Part shown: positions 60,782-64,000 of the stretch, piece by piece
Position numbering within the stretch: the stretch's first letter is position 1
Layout: every line of letters starts with the position of its first letter
Source: Oligoflexales bacterium
Lineage (GTDB): Bacteria; Bdellovibrionota_B; Oligoflexia; Oligoflexales; Bog-1112
DNA length: 64,000 nt
Direction of reading: 5' to 3'
Assembly (NCBI GenBank): GCA_045106415.1
Contig: JBGCEP010000004.1
Coordinates: forward strand, 32,001-96,000
Notes under the pieces: model-generated
What the model was told of the DNA's origin: nothing
The model's input: the letters and a program-made list of their open reading frames with translations, nothing else
Databases searched by the model: none
Position numbers and translations under genes: made by a program

Positions 60782-60932
60782 GAGCTATGAATAGTTGATT
60801 TTCAGCGTTGTTTTTTCTTCAAGTTTGAAACTTATTAATCGCGTGGGTTCTAGAAAGAGATTAGATGCTCTTTTAACTCTTTTAAATAATAAGATTTTCT
60901 GTGTAAAATAGGTTCTCTTTTAAGAAAATATA

Positions 60933-60959
60933 TCAATTTTGCAAAAAGGATGCCGATGA
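60933..60959 (+). promoter_or_regulatory. sigma28-like promoter
   Basis: TCAA-N15-GCCGATGA just upstream of a GGAGG RBS. Confidence 0.6.
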
Positions 60960-60981
60960 AACTCTTACGTGGAGGTGTAGC

Positions 60982-61770
60982 ATGATGTTTCGTTGGGTAG
61001 CTGTCCTTTTTTATACAACCATCATCCCTTTCAGCGCCTGGTTAGGTGCCGAAGGTAAAGGTGAGGGCCAAAGCGATGGAGTTGCTCATCCTGAGTTGTG
61101 TAAAAAGTATGAAGGCCACTATGTGGCTTATTACAGCGAAGTTTTTCATGTTCAAGATTGTGCGAGAGTTCTACTCACGCAGGTTCAGCTAGAAAATGTT
61201 CTCAGAGATAAACAAAAAGTTGAAGATGTAAGTGGAGAAGTGATCCGAGCTTTGCCGTTGCGTGATGTGGTTGTGCAAGCAGCTGGGCCTGTACGGGAAT
61301 GTAAGGTTTTTGAAAAAAGATTTGTGACGGGTCATTTTGTGCATGTTTATTACGTGGAAAAATGTCAAAAAAGAGTTTTTCCAGACTGGGATAGTTGGGC
61401 TGAGTATCAAAAACATCATCCTGAACTGTCCTCTGTGATACTGCAACTCTCAGATGCAGAGTTGGATCAAATACCTAATGGAGCTCAGTTTCCATCAGTA
61501 TTTGATAGTATTCAAATGGTGGGGGAAGAGGAAGTTCCAGATCTCTTGCCTCTCGATGAGGCTTGTCAAGGACTTGATGGTGCGGTGGTCTCTTATTATC
61601 AGCATGTTTATCGTATTGAGAACTGCCGTAAACGGCAGATATCAGCTGACTCACTGTTGGCGAGCCAGCTGAAAAAGCCTTATGAACTCTCAGCTCAGCA
61701 GTGGATGTCTCTTCCAAATGGTAAAGATATTCTTAGTTCGAAAGAATCTCTTGAACTCGACGGGCCATAA
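60982..61770 (+). CDS. Secreted protein with three Cys-paired repeats
   Basis: Signal peptide; C...(E/D)G..V.....V(F/Y).(V/I)..C.(K)R occurs three times. Confidence 0.75.
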   Translation: MMFRWVAVLFYTTIIPFSAWLGAEGKGEGQSDGVAHPELCKKYEGHYVAYYSEVFHVQDCARVLLTQVQLENVLRDKQKVEDVSGEVIRALPLRDVVVQAAGPVRECKVFEKRFVTGHFVHVYYVEKCQKRVFPDWDSWAEYQKHHPELSSVILQLSDAELDQIPNGAQFPSVFDSIQMVGEEEVPDLLPLDEACQGLDGAVVSYYQHVYRIENCRKRQISADSLLASQLKKPYELSAQQWMSLPNGKDILSSKESLELDGP

Positions 61771-62620
61771 ATCCTCTTGAAACCCAAAAAATTTCGGCAA
61801 GTTGAGTGATGATGTCTTTTGTTGGGTCTGTGTTTTTAATTTCTTTGCGGATCATATGTGCTGGGGCAAGAAGGGCTGCTGCAAAAAGGTTGGCTTCAAC
61901 GCTATTTAAGTGTTTTGCAAAGTCACTCAGTGAAGCTCGTTCTTCACTCTGATCAGGTAGGAATGCTTTCGCCATTTCGACTGCGATTTGGTAGCGAGTA
62001 AAAGGGCGAACCTCAGCACCTTTGCGGACAACAATATTGAGTTGCTCACCGTTTTTTTCGCTAGTGACATTTTGTTCGGCTTCTTCGGGCCCCGGTTGAA
62101 TACGGATACGTTGATGAGCCGTGACCACCTCTGGAAGATAAAGAGGAGCCTCTTCGAAAAGAATTTTTTTATGAATATCATCTACGATTGCTAATATTTT
62201 AGTTTTATTTGGGTAGAAAGCTTCACGGAAGGCGTGTTCTTGATTTTCATTCCATTGAGATGCATGGTTGCGGTAGTAGTCTTTCCGCGCTTTTTCCTGG
62301 AGCTTGGGGTCGACTTGATAAGCGCCGTAACCGGCGTATTCATGAAAAGCTTCGTTCTCGCTAATTTCACCAGTGGCAACATCGACGATTAATCGTTCAT
62401 CAATCCCAAGGTGGTTTGCAATAGATTTGACCGCGTGCACGGAGCGAACGTTTTTGCGACCTTTTTTCCAATGACTACAATCTGCTGGGTCAAAACCTAA
62501 AATTTGACCGACATCTTGATCGATAACGCGGACACCACCATGCTTATCGTCAAGAATTCGGCGGCAGAACCGAAAAAGATTAGCAGAGTAAGGGTATTTG
62601 CTTTCAATGTTTTGCTTCAC
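61733..62620 (-). CDS. HTH + ImmA/IrrE (peptidase M78)-like protein with degenerate zinc motif
   Basis: DQDVGQILGFDPADCSHWKKG (XRE-like HTH); RYQIAVEMAK ... EANLFAAALLAP ... LAEIFWVS. Confidence 0.75.
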   Translation of the reverse strand: MKQNIESKYPYSANLFRFCRRILDDKHGGVRVIDQDVGQILGFDPADCSHWKKGRKNVRSVHAVKSIANHLGIDERLIVDVATGEISENEAFHEYAGYGAYQVDPKLQEKARKDYYRNHASQWNENQEHAFREAFYPNKTKILAIVDDIHKKILFEEAPLYLPEVVTAHQRIRIQPGPEEAEQNVTSEKNGEQLNIVVRKGAEVRPFTRYQIAVEMAKAFLPDQSEERASLSDFAKHLNSVEANLFAAALLAPAHMIRKEIKNTDPTKDIITQLAEIFWVSRGFMARRVQEILSN

Positions 62621-62763
62621 CGTTGTCTCCTAGCGGTATTCCTGACTTCTAGATCAGTATGCCAGAGATTCTACAGGAAAAAAGGCCTGGTTGACTAGCA
62701 TGATGGTGGTATTTCTGCCGATCCAAGTTTGATGAGATTCTTATAGAATGAAGATGAGACGTC

Positions 62764-63540
62764 ATGGGAGCTATTATGTCAGGGTTGATTGGTCTAGCAG
62801 GGATTTTTTATGGACTGCATTTTGTCTTCACCGCGGAAAAAGGTGGATTTTCTGGTTATCTTGATATTTCATCTCTGGTATTGTTAGGGGTTTTACCCCC
62901 TTGTATTATGCTGCTGTCACATAAATTAACTGACTTCGGCACGGGGGTAAGAGTTCTTTTTCAAGCCATGTTTAATAATACAAATCGTCAACAGCTCGAA
63001 GTTATTAATGCTTTAACTCGTTGCTCTGCTCGTGTTCGTTCTGATGGTGTTGGGGCTCTCGTTCATGAGAGAAAATCCATACGGCATGAACTTCTTACTG
63101 ACGGGGTGTCTTTGATTATTAATAATTTTACACCAGAAGAAATACGACATAATCTAGCGGCAAAAATTAAACAAAGACAGGGTCAAAGGAATCTAGCCTC
63201 GAACCTCTTTGAGAATATGGCGAAAGTGTCTCCTGGTGTCGGTATGATTGGGACTCTTTTAGGGTTGATCGATATGATGTCAAACATTTCTGATCCTGCA
63301 ACCATCGGCTCAGGTATGGCTCTAGCCTTAATTACAACTTTATATGGGTTGATGCTCGGAACGATTTTATATGCCCCTTTTGGTGAAAAAATAGCTCTGG
63401 AATCAGAGAAGATTTTTGAACTCGACATGATGGTCATGGAAGGTGTGATGGCTCTTAAGGGTAAGAAATCAAGTGTTCACCTTAAAGATATTATGAAAAC
63501 TTATAGTAAAACACCGCAGGCTGAAAATGGCGGAAAATAA
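62764..63540 (+). CDS. motA: Flagellar stator A subunit (MotA/PomA)
   Basis: GVGAL, PGVGMIGTLLGLI.M, DPATIG.GMA.ALITTLYG. Confidence 0.92.
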   Translation: MGAIMSGLIGLAGIFYGLHFVFTAEKGGFSGYLDISSLVLLGVLPPCIMLLSHKLTDFGTGVRVLFQAMFNNTNRQQLEVINALTRCSARVRSDGVGALVHERKSIRHELLTDGVSLIINNFTPEEIRHNLAAKIKQRQGQRNLASNLFENMAKVSPGVGMIGTLLGLIDMMSNISDPATIGSGMALALITTLYGLMLGTILYAPFGEKIALESEKIFELDMMVMEGVMALKGKKSSVHLKDIMKTYSKTPQAENGGK

Positions 63541-64000
63541 AGAAAATGAAACGCAGGGCTCCGAGAGCGTAGAAGGTTTTTCAGTAGAAGACCTTGGTGG
63601 TGGCTCGAAGATTCAAAAAGGAGAAGCGTTATGGCTTATGTCTTTTTCAGATATGGCTCTTGTGTTGTTATGCTTTTTTGTTCTGATGATTTCAGTTATG
63701 AAGCCAGATAAACAGAAATATGAAAGTGTTAAAGAAGGCATTAAGCAGACAGAGGAGTTGGATAAAGAAAGCCTACAGGCATTGGCCGAAAAACTAAAGA
63801 AAGTTATTAAAAAAAGAAAACTCGATCATGCCGCTGGGGTTGAGTACGATTCAGATGGTTTGCGTATCGAGTTTAAAGACGGTGTTCTTTTTGCTTCAGG
63901 GTCTTCAAAAAGTAATCCAGAGTATAGAAAAATGGTTCGTGGTGTGTTGAAGATTATTTCACGAGTCGGAAAGCGATACCGAATGATTATTGAAGGTCAT
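63527..64000 (+). CDS. motB: Flagellar stator B subunit (MotB/PomB), truncated by window end; not in ORF track
   Basis: MAENKE...WLMSFSDMALVLLCFFVLMIS; later GVLFASGS and IIEGH of the OmpA-like domain. Confidence 0.92.
   Translation, partial: MAENKENETQGSESVEGFSVEDLGGGSKIQKGEALWLMSFSDMALVLLCFFVLMISVMKPDKQKYESVKEGIKQTEELDKESLQALAEKLKKVIKKRKLDHAAGVEYDSDGLRIEFKDGVLFASGSSKSNPEYRKMVRGVLKIISRVGKRYRMIIEGH

Noticed and set aside
1129..63437. Many short ORFs (60-127 aa) in the track nested in or antisense to long genes
   Set aside because: Shadow ORFs of well-supported CDSs with no independent signals
1..64000. CRISPR arrays, tRNA/rRNA, transposases, integrases, retron or other defence enzymes
   Set aside because: No regularly spaced repeats, T-loop/cloverleaf motifs or catalytic signatures seen; the TraF-like and ImmA-like genes lack any mobile-element context

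Overview
Chromosomal window of a low-GC, flagellated diderm bacterium, most likely Bdellovibrionota/Oligoflexia-like (inferred from a TIGR02147-like protein, a short 281-aa flagellin, a FecR/PP2C envelope operon, TraF-like barrels and many secreted hypotheticals). It holds about 55 CDS: housekeeping genes (pfkA, plsC, gloB, nadE, topA, tsaC, maf, lptD/lptE, beta-carbonic anhydrase), dispersed flagellar genes (fliD-fliS-flgE, flagellin, motA-motB), GldAFG-like and Btu/Fec-like ABC systems, and several signalling proteins. I saw no rRNA, tRNA, CRISPR array, transposase or integrase. Best leads: (1) an unannotated 53-aa highly basic ORF with its own RBS and terminator; (2) an AT-rich DctP::type-I binding protein fusion coupled to a hybrid histidine kinase with no transporter; (3) a PP2C-FecR-beta-barrel trans-envelope operon; (4) recurrent sigma28-like promoters in front of non-flagellar genes, one inside a hairpin that would hide the RBS of a CHASE2 adenylate cyclase; (5) an HTH-ImmA/IrrE protein lacking both zinc histidines, divergent from motAB; (6) a secreted protein with an F-box-like motif; (7) a gammaproteobacterial-type TopA. 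All family assignments come from motif recognition by eye; no database searches were run.
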